NCBI GenBank assembly: GCA_018821435.1 | Contig: JAHJME010000035.1 | Location: forward strand, 9,514-73,513 | Direction: 5' to 3' | Length of the DNA: 64,000 bases | DNA from: Alphaproteobacteria bacterium | Lineage (GTDB): Bacteria; Pseudomonadota; Alphaproteobacteria; Caulobacterales; Caulobacteraceae | In this document: in pieces, positions 23,069 to 32,863 of the stretch | Layout: every line of letters begins with the position of its first letter | Position numbering within the stretch: the first letter of the stretch is position 1 | Position numbers and translations under genes: made by a program | Notes under the pieces: model-generated | The model's input: only the letters and a program-made list of their open reading frames with translations | Told to the model about the DNA's origin: nothing | The model's database searches: none

Positions 23069-24136
23069 TTACGCGTTCATCACCTGGCCAAGCACGCGGG
23101 CGGTGTAGTCCACCAACGGAATGATCCGGGCATAGTTCAGTCGGGCCGGGCCGATCACGCCGATCGCGCCCACGACCTTCTGCGAGCCCGTCATATAGGG
23201 CGCCGCGATCACAGCGGAACCGGAAAGGGAAAAGAGTCGCGTCTCGGCGCCGATGAAAATTCGCACGCCCTGGCCGTCGCGAACCCCGTCCAGCAGGCCG
23301 ATCAACTGTTCCTTCTGCTCCAGGTCCTCGAACAGCGAGCGCACCCGCTCCATGTCCTCGGCCGCCCCGCTATCCTCCAGCAGGTTGGCCCGGCCCCGCA
23401 CGATCAGGGCCCGATCCTCGGCCTCGCCGCCGCCCCAGGCGGCCAGGCCGTGCTCGACCAGGCGGGCGGCGGTGGCGTCCAGGTCGCGCCGCGCCAGGTC
23501 CAGCTCGACGCGCAGATCGGTCTTGGTCTCCATCAGGGTCCGCCCGCGCATGCGGGCGTTCAGGAAGTTGGACGCCTCCTGCAGCGCCGAGGGCGTGACG
23601 CCCATGGGTAGGCGGATCAGCCGGTTCTCTACGACGCCGTCGTCGAAGACCATGATCGCCAGGGTGCGGTCGCCCGACAACGGCACGAATTCCACATGGC
23701 TGACGCCCGCGTCGCGGATCGGCGTGACGACGATGCCCGCCCCGCCGGCTAGGCCGGACAGGATCTTCGACGCCTCGTTCAGCGCGTCCTCGTAGTTGCG
23801 GCCGTGGGCCAGCAGGCGCGCCTCGATCGAGCGCCGCTCCTCGTCGCCGACGTCGCCCACCTCCATCAGCCCGTCCACGAACAGCCTGAGCCCCGCATGG
23901 GTCGGCAGCCGCCCGGCGCTGACGTGCGGCGCGCCCAGCAGGCCAAGCTGGGTCAGATCCTGCATGGTGTTGCGGATCGAGGCCGGCGACAGCGACAGGC
24001 CGCCCTTGGAGAGTGTGCGCGACCCGACCGGCTCGCCGGTCTCCAGATAGCTTTCCACGATGCGGCGGAAAATCTCGCGCGCCCTGGAGTCCATGTCAGT
24101 GAGCGTCGGCCCACGGGAGAAGAGGGGAGGCGTCAC
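23069..24136 (-). CDS. hrcA: Heat-inducible transcription repressor HrcA (start probably GTG 24136)
   Basis: [46 protein letters not shown]. Confidence 0.95.
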   Translation of the reverse strand: MTPPLFSRGPTLTDMDSRAREIFRRIVESYLETGEPVGSRTLSKGGLSLSPASIRNTMQDLTQLGLLGAPHVSAGRLPTHAGLRLFVDGLMEVGDVGDEERRSIEARLLAHGRNYEDALNEASKILSGLAGGAGIVVTPIRDAGVSHVEFVPLSGDRTLAIMVFDDGVVENRLIRLPMGVTPSALQEASNFLNARMRGRTLMETKTDLRVELDLARRDLDATAARLVEHGLAAWGGGEAEDRALIVRGRANLLEDSGAAEDMERVRSLFEDLEQKEQLIGLLDGVRDGQGVRIFIGAETRLFSLSGSAVIAAPYMTGSQKVVGAIGVIGPARLNYARIIPLVDYTARVLGQVMNA

Positions 24137-24175
24137 GGCGAACGGCGGGGGGCCATGGACGGGATCATCGCGATC

Positions 24176-24205
24176 TAGGATAAGCCCGGCCTTCGGCGGC
24201 GCAAG
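24176..24205 (-). promoter_or_regulatory. Putative sigma32 (RpoH) promoter of hrcA-grpE
   Basis: Minus strand CTTG-N17-CTTATCCTA resembles the alphaproteobacterial RpoH consensus and lies just upstream of hrcA. Not verified. Confidence 0.4.
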
Positions 24206-24228
24206 CCGCACCCTTCCGAGTTCCCAAC

Positions 24229-24942
24229 ATGCGCCCCTCCGAACGCACCCCCGACCTGCTGCGCACCATCAAGCTGGAGACCGGCGTCACCCGCTACGCC
24301 GAAGGTTCGTGCCTGATCACCGCCGGCCACACCAAGGTGCTGGTGACCGCCAGCCTGGAGGAAGGCGTCCCCGGATTCCTGCGCGGCAAGGGCCAGGGCT
24401 GGGTCACCGCCGAGTACGGCATGCTGCCCCGCGCCACCCACACGCGCGGCCGCCGCGAGGCCGCCGCCGGCAAGCAGTCGGGCCGCACCCAGGAAATCCA
24501 GCGCCTGATCGGCCGCTCCCTGCGCGCCGTCACCGACATGAAGGCCCTGGGCGAGCGCCAGATCACGGTCGACTGCGACGTGCTGCAGGCCGACGGGGGC
24601 ACGCGCACCGCCTCGATCACCGGCGCCTGGGTCGCTCTGCGGCTGGCGACAAAGTACCTGCTGGACGAGGGCGTGATCACCACCGACCCGATCCTGGATC
24701 AGGTGGCGGCGGTGAGCTGCGGGATCTTCAACGGCGTGCCGGTGCTGGACCTCGACTACGAGGAGGATTCCAACGCCGAGGCCGACTCGAACTTCGTGCT
24801 GACCGGGTCGGGGGCCATCGTCGAGGTCCAGGCGACCGGCGAGAAGCGCGGCTTCAGCCAGGCGGAATTCGACGAACTGTTCTCGCTGGCCCGCAAGGGC
24901 ATCGGCGAACTGTGCGAGATGCAGCGCGCCGCGACGTCCTAG
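24229..24942 (+). CDS. rph: Ribonuclease PH
   Basis: [51 protein letters not shown]. Confidence 0.96.
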   Translation: MRPSERTPDLLRTIKLETGVTRYAEGSCLITAGHTKVLVTASLEEGVPGFLRGKGQGWVTAEYGMLPRATHTRGRREAAAGKQSGRTQEIQRLIGRSLRAVTDMKALGERQITVDCDVLQADGGTRTASITGAWVALRLATKYLLDEGVITTDPILDQVAAVSCGIFNGVPVLDLDYEEDSNAEADSNFVLTGSGAIVEVQATGEKRGFSQAEFDELFSLARKGIGELCEMQRAATS

Positions 24943-24965
24943 CCAACGCCTCCGATGCAGAATCG

Positions 24966-24999
24966 AAACGGCGCCGCCCAGCCAAGGACGGCGCCGTTT
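24966..24999. terminator. Hairpin, possibly a bidirectional terminator, between rph and a convergent small ORF
   Basis: aaacggcgccg (24966-24976) pairs perfectly with cggcgccgttt (24989-24999). Confidence 0.55.
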
Positions 25000-25057
25000 G
25001 CGTTCGTGATCCCGGTCTCAGGCTCGCGCCAGAACCGGATGACCTAGCTTTTGTCGA

Positions 25058-25162
25058 TCAGAAGAACACGTTGAAGCGCATGGCCGCAGGCGGCAGGCGC
25101 TCGAGTTCGCGCGCCAGGGGGGCGAACATCGCGTCGAGGAATTTTTCGATCCGGGCGACCAT
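25058..25162 (-). CDS. Small ORF A, 34 aa (MVARIEKFLDAMFAPLARELERLPPAAMRFNVFF)
   Basis: Manual translation. AAGGAG RBS 8 nt upstream, GC-rich third positions, sits in intergenic space. Confidence 0.6.
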   Translation of the reverse strand: MVARIEKFLDAMFAPLARELERLPPAAMRFNVFF

Positions 25163-25328
25163 CTGCGTCACTCCTTGTGTGCAGTGCAGCGTAGCTCTGC
25201 AGATAGGCCTGACCCTCGGCGAAATCAAGTATTTCCCATCTCGATGAAATTATCTGCGCTGCAATGCCGCATCATCCGCATTGCGGTGCAGCAGCGCGGA
25301 TGAGCCTGAATGGCGCTGAGCCGAGCTC

Positions 25329-25571
25329 CTAGCCGTCCTCTTCCTCGTCGGGGAAGCCGTCGTCGGGGCCGGCTTCGTAGACCAGCAGGTCGCCCGGCTG
25401 GCAGTCCAACTCACGGCACAGCGCGGCCAGGGTGGAGAACCGCACGGCGCGGGCCTTGCCGGTCTTGAGGATCGACAGGTTGGCGATGGTCACGCCGACG
25501 CGGTCGGCAAGCTCCGTCAGCGACATGCGCCGCTCTAGGAGAACACGATCGAGGCTTACGCGGATCGGCAT
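25329..25571 (-). CDS. Cro/C1-type HTH regulator (YozG-like)
   Basis: MPIRVSLD..LLERRMSLTELADRVGVTIANLSILKTGKARAVRFSTL..LC..LDCQPGDLL; canonical partner of DUF2975. Confidence 0.9.
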   Translation of the reverse strand: MPIRVSLDRVLLERRMSLTELADRVGVTIANLSILKTGKARAVRFSTLAALCRELDCQPGDLLVYEAGPDDGFPDEEEDG

Positions 25572-25579
25572 CGGCGGCC

Positions 25580-26137
25580 CTAGATGGTCAGCTCGGCTTC
25601 GCGGCGCAGGCGCGCGCCCTCGCGGAACACCTCCGCGAGCACGAAGACCACGAGGACGGAGAACCAGGCGGTGAGGCTCATGGTCGGTTCGATCCGGCCG
25701 ACGCCGGGCAGCAGCCACGCGCTCACCGCCCAGAAGGCGTAGCGGCCCAGTTCCAGCCCGGCCAGCATCAGACCGATCAGGCGCAGCCGCGCCACATTGT
25801 CGGGGTGAAAGGGGTCGCCGGCGGTGAGCGTCGTGAAGATCCGCCGCAGCGAACCGACGATGACCAGGATGCCCCCCAGGTAGAGGGCGGCGGCCAGCAG
25901 GCCGCTTGTAATGGAGGACCCCTTGGACGCCAGCTCGCCCAGTGCGCTGTCCCGCGCGGCGGAGGCGGGGTCGTTCCCCAGCTTCAGGTTGGCGAGAAGG
26001 TCGGGGTTGAAGCTCAGCAGCAGGGCCGCGAGCGTGAACAGGGAAAGGGCGGCGACGCCAATCCAGAGGGCTGCGAAGACCACGTCGAGGATGATCTTCA
26101 GAAAGCTCGAAACCGAACCCGGACCCAAGGCGCGCAT
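25580..26137 (-). CDS. DUF2975 family membrane protein
   Basis: Multiple TM helices, GDPFHPDNVARLRLIG, terminal VLAEVFREGARLRREAELTI. Confidence 0.88.
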   Translation of the reverse strand: MRALGPGSVSSFLKIILDVVFAALWIGVAALSLFTLAALLLSFNPDLLANLKLGNDPASAARDSALGELASKGSSITSGLLAAALYLGGILVIVGSLRRIFTTLTAGDPFHPDNVARLRLIGLMLAGLELGRYAFWAVSAWLLPGVGRIEPTMSLTAWFSVLVVFVLAEVFREGARLRREAELTI

Positions 26138-26254
26138 GCCGGATTGCTCCCCCGTCTTACTGGTCTTCGTATCTGCTCGTCTGGATCCGCCGCGGCGCCG
26201 GCTGCAAGCCGAGGGCCGAGGCGGATCGGACGAACCACATACTCGAACTGGGTC

Positions 26255-26362
26255 TTAGAGGAAGGCGGCGCGGGCGACGAGGCTCAGGATCGGCGTGGCG
26301 GCCAGGACGACGACGAAGAGCATGGCGACGCGGTCGAGTTGGTTCATGGCTTGAGTGAACAT
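26255..26362 (-). CDS. Small ORF B, 35 aa hydrophobic peptide (MFTQAMNQLDRVAMLFVVVLAATPILSLVARAAFL)
   Basis: Manual translation. GGAG RBS 7 nt upstream, GC-rich third positions, downstream imperfect hairpin at about 26176-26234. Confidence 0.6.
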   Translation of the reverse strand: MFTQAMNQLDRVAMLFVVVLAATPILSLVARAAFL

Positions 26363-26446
26363 GTTTTAGCTCCGTTTGGTTATGCTGCACTGCAGCGTCG
26401 GGTGGCTCAGGACCCGTTGTCCTGATGTGATTATCGATACGCCCAC

Positions 26447-26484
26447 ATCGATTTTCGATCACGTGAATATCGAGTAACGATATT
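26447..26484. promoter_or_regulatory. Tandem palindromic operator-like sites ATCG-N5-CGAT
   Basis: atcg-atttt-cgat (26447-26459) and aatatcg-agtaa-cgatatt (26466-26484) in an AT-rich intergenic stretch. Confidence 0.55.
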
Positions 26485-26550
26485 AAACTTTCGCAATGCA
26501 ACACGATGGGCCGGGGGTAATGTCCGGTCCGGGCAAACATGGAGTTAACG

Positions 26551-27150
26551 ATGGCCTTGAAGCTGGAGCCTGGGACGCGGCTGGTGGTCGCCACCCACAA
26601 CCCCGGCAAGGCGCGCGAACTGGCCGAGATCCTGGAGGGCCGGTTCCAGCTGGTCGCCGCCGGGGAACTGGGCCTGCCCGAGCCGGACGAGACCGAGACC
26701 ACATTCGTCGGCAACGCGCTGCTGAAGGCCCGCGCGGCCGCCGACGCCTCGGGCATGATCGCCCTGGCGGACGACTCCGGCCTGTCGGTAAAGGCGCTGG
26801 ACGGCGCGCCCGGAATCTTCTCGGCCCGCTGGGCCGGGCCGGAGAAGGACTTCGCCATGGCCATGCGCAAGGTCGAGGAACGGCTGGAGGAAGTCGGCGC
26901 CGACGACCTGTCCGCCTGGTTCACCTCGGCGCTCGCGGTCGCCTGGCCGCACGGCCCGGCCGTGGTGGTCGAGGGCGAGGTTCACGGCGTGTTGAGCTTC
27001 CCTCCGCGCGGCGACAAGGGCTTCGGCTACGATCCCATCTTCCTGCCGGAAGGCCTGGAGCAGACGTTCGGCGAGATGGCGCCCGAGGCAAAGGACGGCA
27101 TGAGCCACCGCGCCCGGGCGTTCGTGAAGCTCAAGGCCGCCTTGCTTTGA
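26551..27150 (+). CDS. rdgB: Non-canonical purine NTP pyrophosphatase RdgB (HAM1)
   Basis: [53 protein letters not shown]. Confidence 0.95.
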   Translation: MALKLEPGTRLVVATHNPGKARELAEILEGRFQLVAAGELGLPEPDETETTFVGNALLKARAAADASGMIALADDSGLSVKALDGAPGIFSARWAGPEKDFAMAMRKVEERLEEVGADDLSAWFTSALAVAWPHGPAVVVEGEVHGVLSFPPRGDKGFGYDPIFLPEGLEQTFGEMAPEAKDGMSHRARAFVKLKAALL

Positions 27151-28307
27151 CCGCCCTGGCCCCATTGGGGGTCTACGTCCACTGGCCCTACTGCGCGAAG
27201 ATCTGCCCCTACTGCGACTTCAACGTCTTCAAGGCCAAGGGCCGTGACGCCGAGGCCGCCGATCTCGCGCGCGCCATCGTCGCCGACCTGGCGGCGCAGC
27301 GGGCGCTCACGGGTCCCCGCGACCTGGTGTCGATCTTCTTCGGCGGCGGCACCCCCTCGCTGATGGACCCCGCCTGGGTGGCCGCGATCGTCGGCGCCGC
27401 GCGCCGGCTTTGGACGCCGACCGCCGATCTGGAGGTCAGCCTGGAGGCCAACCCCACCGACGCCGAGGCCGGCCGGTTCGCCGCCCTGGCCGACGCCGGG
27501 GTGAACCGGCTGTCCCTGGGCCTGCAGGCGCTGGACGACGCGGCGCTCAAGTTCCTGGGCCGCAACCACGACGCCGACGAGGGGCGCCGCGCGGCGCACG
27601 CCGCCGCGAAAGCGTTCCCGCGCCTGTCGCTGGACCTGATCTACGCCCTGCCCGGCCAGACGCCGGCCGCCTGGGCGGACGAACTGCGCGCGGCGGTGGC
27701 GATCGGCGCCGAGCACGTCTCACCCTACCAACTGACCATCGAGACGGGCACGGCCTTCGACCGCGCCGTGCGGCGGGGGTCCTTCAAGGTCGCCGACGAA
27801 GACCTGGGCGCAGAGCTCTACGACACCACCCAGACCACCCTGGAAGCCTTGGGCTTCGAGGCCTACGAGGTCTCCAACCACGCCCGGGGCGAGGCCGCCC
27901 GCTCGCGCCACAACCTGGTCTACTGGAAGGGCTGGGACTACGTCGGCGCGGGGCCGGGCGCGCACGGCCGCCTGACGGTCGCCGGCGCGCGGGAAGCCAC
28001 CAAGGCCGCCGATCGCCCCGCCGACTACATCCGCCGCGTCGCCGAGACCGGGATGGGCTTCGAGGACCGCGAGCGCCTCAGCCCCGTCGAAGCCGCCGAG
28101 GAACGCATCCTCAGCGGCCTGCGGATCGCCGACGGCGTGCCGTTCGAAGACGTCGCCGCGCTGGCGCTCCAGGCGGATCATCCGACCGTGCGCCGGATGG
28201 TCGAACTAGGCCTGGTGGTCGACGACTCCAGCCGCCTGCGCGCAACAGCCGACGGCCGGCGGGTGCTGGACCGCCTGACGTCCGAGCTGGCGATCAACGG
28301 CGGCTAA
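27147..28307 (+). CDS. hemW: Radical-SAM heme chaperone HemW (TTG start overlapping rdgB stop)
   Basis: [40 protein letters not shown]. Confidence 0.92.
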   Translation: MTALAPLGVYVHWPYCAKICPYCDFNVFKAKGRDAEAADLARAIVADLAAQRALTGPRDLVSIFFGGGTPSLMDPAWVAAIVGAARRLWTPTADLEVSLEANPTDAEAGRFAALADAGVNRLSLGLQALDDAALKFLGRNHDADEGRRAAHAAAKAFPRLSLDLIYALPGQTPAAWADELRAAVAIGAEHVSPYQLTIETGTAFDRAVRRGSFKVADEDLGAELYDTTQTTLEALGFEAYEVSNHARGEAARSRHNLVYWKGWDYVGAGPGAHGRLTVAGAREATKAADRPADYIRRVAETGMGFEDRERLSPVEAAEERILSGLRIADGVPFEDVAALALQADHPTVRRMVELGLVVDDSSRLRATADGRRVLDRLTSELAINGG

Positions 28308-28316
28308 GCCAGCTCA

Positions 28317-29150
28317 CTACGCCAGCGGCAGCCAGACCTCGAAGCCGCCGGCGCCCGATACGTGGTCGAAGCGTTCCGGGTAGCGCTCGAAGAACGGCGC
28401 GTCGGCCAGCTTGACGCCTGCGTTCGGCGCCCACTCGCCCCAGATGGTCCGCCACACCGAGCGGATTTCCGAGATGTGGCCGGGGTGATCCCAGACGATG
28501 TAGCGCCGGGCGGGCACCCGCAGGCGGCTGAGCTCGTCCGGCAGGGCGGCGAAGCTCGAGACCTCGACGGCGGCCAAGTAGTCGGTCGTGCGCTCGTCGT
28601 CGCCGTTCCAGACGACGCCATACGCGACGCGGCCGTTCGTCTGGCCGGGCACGTTGTCGATCCAGGGGGTGAACCGCTGCCACTGGTTCGGCACGCCGGC
28701 CATGACGCCGTCGTAGTAGTGCTCGGCCAGGCCGGCCAGCAGCAGCTGCGGGCCGTCCACCTGGCGCGGCGGGGCGAGGTTCAGGATGCGGGTTTCGTCC
28801 AACTTGATGGGCTCCACGAGCGCGAGTTTGCCGATGCAACCTTGGCCGCGCACCTGCTCGGGGGTGACCCCGAACTGCTCGCGAAAGGCGCGGGTGAACG
28901 CTTCGTGGGAGCCGTAGCCGGCTTCCAGGGCCACCGTCAGGATATCGGGCGCGCCGCCCGCCAGACCGCGCGCGGCCTCCGAGAGGCGACGGGCCCGGAC
29001 ATAGCGCATGACGGACCGGCCGGTGATCTGGCCGAAGGCGCGGACCATGTGGTGGCGCGACAGGCCTGCGACCTCGGCCACGTCCTCGAGGGCGAAATCC
29101 TCGCCGAGGTGGCCTTCCACGAACCAGATCGCCTTCTGTACGGAGTCCAT
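28317..29150 (-). CDS. AraC family regulator with GyrI-like effector domain (start probably ATG 29150)
   Basis: N-terminal double HTH (LEDVAEVAGLS...VALEAGYGSHEAFTRAF) and C-terminal GyrI-like region (APFFERY...FEVWLP). Confidence 0.88.
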   Translation of the reverse strand: MDSVQKAIWFVEGHLGEDFALEDVAEVAGLSRHHMVRAFGQITGRSVMRYVRARRLSEAARGLAGGAPDILTVALEAGYGSHEAFTRAFREQFGVTPEQVRGQGCIGKLALVEPIKLDETRILNLAPPRQVDGPQLLLAGLAEHYYDGVMAGVPNQWQRFTPWIDNVPGQTNGRVAYGVVWNGDDERTTDYLAAVEVSSFAALPDELSRLRVPARRYIVWDHPGHISEIRSVWRTIWGEWAPNAGVKLADAPFFERYPERFDHVSGAGGFEVWLPLA

Positions 29151-29271
29151 GTGCGAGCCCACGAAACGTAGGTCCTTCTGCGCCCCTGCAACCCTAGGCG
29201 CTTGATCGTGGTTGCGTTTGCAATGGTCGCTGAGCTTGCCTTTGCGCGCCAACGCGGCGAACCCTCCCGCC

Positions 29272-30153
29272 ATGGCCCGCGCCCTGCCCACACCTGTCCT
29301 CGACGACGCGCCGCTGGCGCCGGGGCTCTATGTCGTGGCCACGCCCATCGGCAACCTGCGCGACATCACGCTCCGCGCCCTCGACGTGCTGAACCAGGCC
29401 GACCTGATCCTGGCCGAGGACACGCGGGTCTCGGGCAAGCTGCTCGCGGCCTTCAAGATCAAGGGCAAGATGGAGCGGCACGACGAGCACGCCGCCGAGC
29501 GGGTCCGACCCCGGGTGATGGCCGCCCTGGCCGAAGGGCAGCGGGTGGCGATCATCTCCGACGCCGGCACGCCGCTGATCTCCGACCCCGGCTATCGGCT
29601 GGTGCGCGAGGCGGCCCAGGCCGGCCACAAGGTTTTCCCGATCCCCGGCGCGTCGGCGGTGCTGGCGGGGCTGTCGGCGGGCGGCCTGCCCACCGACCGT
29701 TTCCTTTTCGTGGGTTTCCCGCCGCCCAAGAGCGCCGCGCGGCGCACCTTCCTGGCCGAGTTCGCCGGCATTCGCGCCACCCTGGTGTTCTTCGAGGGCG
29801 GCTCGCGCCTGGCCGACAGCCTGGCCGACATGGCCGCTGTTCTGGGCGACCGCGAGGCGGTGGTCTGCCGCGAGCTGACCAAGCTTTACGAGACCTTCTA
29901 TCGCGGGCCGCTCAGCGTCCTGGCCGCCGATCCCAAGCTGGATGCGCCGAAGGGCGAGATCGTCATCCTGGTCGCGCCGGGCCGCGAGACCGAGGCGACG
30001 GCCGCCGACGCCGATACCGCCCTGCTGGACGCCCTGTCCCGCCTGAAGCCCGCCGACGCGGCGGCCGAGGTGGCCAAGGCCCTGGGGCTGTCGCGCCGCG
30101 ACCTCTACCGCCGGGCGATGGAGCTGCGCCAGGACGGGGAGCCGAGGCGTTGA
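29272..30153 (+). CDS. rsmI: 16S rRNA C1402 2'-O-methyltransferase RsmI
   Basis: LYVVATPIGNLRDITLRA, AEDTR, ISDAGTPLISDPG, CRELTKLYE. Confidence 0.95.
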   Translation: MARALPTPVLDDAPLAPGLYVVATPIGNLRDITLRALDVLNQADLILAEDTRVSGKLLAAFKIKGKMERHDEHAAERVRPRVMAALAEGQRVAIISDAGTPLISDPGYRLVREAAQAGHKVFPIPGASAVLAGLSAGGLPTDRFLFVGFPPPKSAARRTFLAEFAGIRATLVFFEGGSRLADSLADMAAVLGDREAVVCRELTKLYETFYRGPLSVLAADPKLDAPKGEIVILVAPGRETEATAADADTALLDALSRLKPADAAAEVAKALGLSRRDLYRRAMELRQDGEPRR

Positions 30154-30521
30154 ATTCCCGTACGGCCCGCGGCGCCCAGGCGCGCCTCTCCGGCCGCCGC
30201 GCCGAGGCCTGGGCCGCCGCCTGGCTGATGGCCAAGGGCTACCGTATCCTGGGGTTCCGGCTGAAGACGCCCCAGGCCGAGATCGACCTGCTGGCCAAGC
30301 GCGGCGACGTGCTGGCGGTGGTCGAGGTGAAGCGCCGGACGACCCTGGAGGTGGCGCTGGAGACCGTCACCTTCGACCAGCGCGACCGCCTGCGTCGCGC
30401 TGGCGCCGCGCTTGCAGCGAACCGGCCAGGCCTTTCGAGGTGTGCCGTCCGGCTGGATCTGCTGGCCCTCGCGCCCGGACGGCTTCCTAGGCATATTCCC
30501 GACGCCTGGAAGGGCGGTTGA
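30150..30521 (+). CDS. yraN: YraN family (UPF0102) nuclease-fold protein, TTG start
   Basis: GRRAEAWAAAWL..KGYRIL, EIDLLAKRG..LAVVEVK, RLDLL; overlaps rsmI stop. Confidence 0.88.
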   Translation: MNSRTARGAQARLSGRRAEAWAAAWLMAKGYRILGFRLKTPQAEIDLLAKRGDVLAVVEVKRRTTLEVALETVTFDQRDRLRRAGAALAANRPGLSRCAVRLDLLALAPGRLPRHIPDAWKGG

Positions 30522-30528
30522 GGCACGG

Positions 30529-31344
30529 ATGGACCGCGACGAAGCCGAAAGCATCCTCTCGGAAGCGGGGGGCGTTCCCGAAGGCGACTTCCCGTTGCTG
30601 GAGGCCGCCATCGCCTGCGCGATCCATGAGGACCCGGCCCGCGATCCCGGCTCGGCCCGCGAGGTCGCCGCCATCGCCGTGGACCGCCTGTCAGAGCGGC
30701 TGAAGCGCGAGAGCCCGGAGGAGGCGCTGGCCGAGACCATGGCCGGCGACCTGGGCCTGTCCGGCGACCTGTTCACCGTGGAAGACCCCGAGAACGCCGA
30801 CGTCATCTCGGTGGCGGGGCGACGCAAGGGCCTGGCCGTCACCGTGGGCCTGTTCTACCTGCACGCCGCGCGCCGCTGCGGCCTGACCCTCAAGGGCGTC
30901 GACTTCCCCGGCCATTTCCTGCTGCGGATCGAGACCGACGAGGGCCCGCTGGCGCTGGACCCGTTCTCGGAGGGCCGCGTGGTGCTGCCGTCCGAATTGA
31001 CCCGGCGCGCCCTGCACGCGGGCCTGACCCCCAACGTCGCCGACCGCCTGGACCGGCTGATGGCGCCGGTCAGCGACCGGGCCGTGCTGCTGCGGCTGCA
31101 GAACATCGTCTACGCCAACGCCACGGCGTACGGCGACTTCGCCCGCGCCGAGCGCGCCGCCCTGCGCCGCGCCCTGCTGGATCCCACCGACCACCGCCCC
31201 TGGCTGGACGTCGCCGCCGCCCGCGAGGGCCAGGGCGCCCTGGCCGGCGCGCTGGAGGCCCTGCAGCGCGCCACCGCCCTGGACGGCGGCGCCGCCCTCG
31301 CGGCCCGCGCCCAGCGCGAACGGGTCAGGTTGCGCCTCAACTAG
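30529..31344 (+). CDS. SirB1 / transglutaminase-like protein with C-terminal TPR-like helices
   Basis: RRKGLAV...GVDFPGHFLLR...LDPF motif. Confidence 0.8.
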   Translation: MDRDEAESILSEAGGVPEGDFPLLEAAIACAIHEDPARDPGSAREVAAIAVDRLSERLKRESPEEALAETMAGDLGLSGDLFTVEDPENADVISVAGRRKGLAVTVGLFYLHAARRCGLTLKGVDFPGHFLLRIETDEGPLALDPFSEGRVVLPSELTRRALHAGLTPNVADRLDRLMAPVSDRAVLLRLQNIVYANATAYGDFARAERAALRRALLDPTDHRPWLDVAAAREGQGALAGALEALQRATALDGGAALAARAQRERVRLRLN

Positions 31345-31432
31345 CGAGCGCTGCGACGAGCGCAGGTTGCATCGGCGCGCGTTCGCCGTTCACATGGCGC
31401 CGAATCGCAAGTGGAGCGCCCGGCGGCCGAAG

Positions 31433-32863
31433 ATGGTCTTCAGTTCGATCATCTTCATCTTCTACTTCCTGCCGATTTTCCTGCTCGGCTACTACCTCTC
31501 GGGCTGGCGCCCGGCCGTGCTGCTGGCCGGCAGCGTCGCCTTCTACGTCTGGGGCGAAGGTCCCTACATCTTCCTGCTGGCCGCCCTGATCGCGGCGAAC
31601 TACGCGGGCTCCCGCGTGCTGGCCGGCGCGGAAAGTCAGGGGCGACGGCGGGCGATCCTCACCGGCCTGATCGTCCTCGACCTGGGGGTGCTGGGGGTCT
31701 TCAAGTACGCGGGCTTCCTGGCGCACAACCTGAACGCCCTGGGCCTGCATCTGCCCGAGCTGAAGCTGGCCCTGCCGCTGGGCATCTCGTTCTTCACCTT
31801 CCAGCTCATCAGCTATGTGGCCGACGTCTACTGGCGACGCGTCGCGGTCGAGCCCAGCCTGACCCGCTTCGCCGCCTACATCCTGATGTTCCCGCACCTG
31901 ATCGCCGGGCCGATCGTGCGCTTCGCCAACATCGCCGAGGAGCTGCACGCAGACCGCCGCAAGAGCGGCCGGATCGGCCTGGGCTTCCAGTATTTCATCG
32001 TCGGCCTCTGCCAGAAGGTGCTGGTGGCCAACAGCGTGGCGCCCCTGGCCGACCATGCGTTCGGCCTGGGCGGGGCGCTGGATCAGGCGACGGCGTGGCT
32101 GGGCGCCCTGGCCTATGCGCTGCAGATCTACTTCGACTTCTGCGGCTACTCGAACATGGCGATCGGCCTGGCCTTCATGCTGGGCTTCACCTTCCCGAAG
32201 AACTTCGACCACCCCTATGCCTCGCGCTCGATCACAGAGTTCTGGCGGCGATGGCACATCTCGCTGTCGTCGTGGTTCCGCGACTACGTCTACATCCCGC
32301 TGGGCGGCAACCGGGCGGGGTCGGCCAAGACGGTGCGCAATCTGCTGGTCGTGTTCCTGCTGACCGGCGTCTGGCACGGCGCGGCTTGGACGTTCGTGGT
32401 CTGGGGCCTCTACCACGGCGCCTTCCTGCTGATCGAACGCTTCGGCCTGGCCCGCCTGCTGGCGCTGGCGCCGCGGTTCGTGGGCCACGCCTACGCGCTG
32501 CTGGTGGTGCTGGTCGGCTGGGTGCTGTTCCGGGCCGACACCCTGCCCCACGCGCTGGACTACCTGGCGGTGATGGCGAACCCGGCGACGGCCGCCGCCC
32601 CGCCCATCTCCACGCGCATCCTGCTGAACGCCCAGACCCTGGCGGCCCTGGCCGCCGGCATGGTCTTCGCCGTCCCGACCCTGCCGTGGTTGCTGGAGCG
32701 CCTGCGCACGCCTCGGCTGGCGCCGGCCCACACCCTGGAGGCGCGGCTGGACACCCAGGGCGTCCACGTCCTGGCCACCGCGGCGCTGATCCTGGGCCTG
32801 CTGCTCAGCATCGCCCTCCTGGCGGGCACGACCCTCAACCCCTTCCTGTACTTCCGGTTCTGA
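31433..32863 (+). CDS. MBOAT family O-acyltransferase (AlgI/DltB-like)
   Basis: MVFSS..F...FLP, LPLGISFFTFQ.ISY, NF..PYASRSITEFWRRWHISLSSWFRDYVYIPLGG, catalytic WHGA. Confidence 0.93.
   Translation: MVFSSIIFIFYFLPIFLLGYYLSGWRPAVLLAGSVAFYVWGEGPYIFLLAALIAANYAGSRVLAGAESQGRRRAILTGLIVLDLGVLGVFKYAGFLAHNLNALGLHLPELKLALPLGISFFTFQLISYVADVYWRRVAVEPSLTRFAAYILMFPHLIAGPIVRFANIAEELHADRRKSGRIGLGFQYFIVGLCQKVLVANSVAPLADHAFGLGGALDQATAWLGALAYALQIYFDFCGYSNMAIGLAFMLGFTFPKNFDHPYASRSITEFWRRWHISLSSWFRDYVYIPLGGNRAGSAKTVRNLLVVFLLTGVWHGAAWTFVVWGLYHGAFLLIERFGLARLLALAPRFVGHAYALLVVLVGWVLFRADTLPHALDYLAVMANPATAAAPPISTRILLNAQTLAALAAGMVFAVPTLPWLLERLRTPRLAPAHTLEARLDTQGVHVLATAALILGLLLSIALLAGTTLNPFLYFRF

Noticed and set aside
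21137-24136. dnaN located away from dnaA, behind hrcA-grpE
   Set aside because: From memory this hrcA-grpE-dnaN order is the normal Caulobacter arrangement, so it is not novel.
26496-28307. Apparent 603-aa ORF suggesting an RdgB-HemW fusion
   Set aside because: The N-terminal part is an off-frame reading of rdgB. HemW has its own TTG at 27147 overlapping the rdgB stop.
31411-32862. N-terminal half of the 1033-aa ORF (possible MBOAT-AlgJ fusion or nested gene)
   Set aside because: Off-frame Arg/Pro/Gly-rich reading of the MBOAT gene. Unlike the 38256 case, the codon bias stays with the MBOAT frame, and AlgJ has a coupled ATG at 32863.
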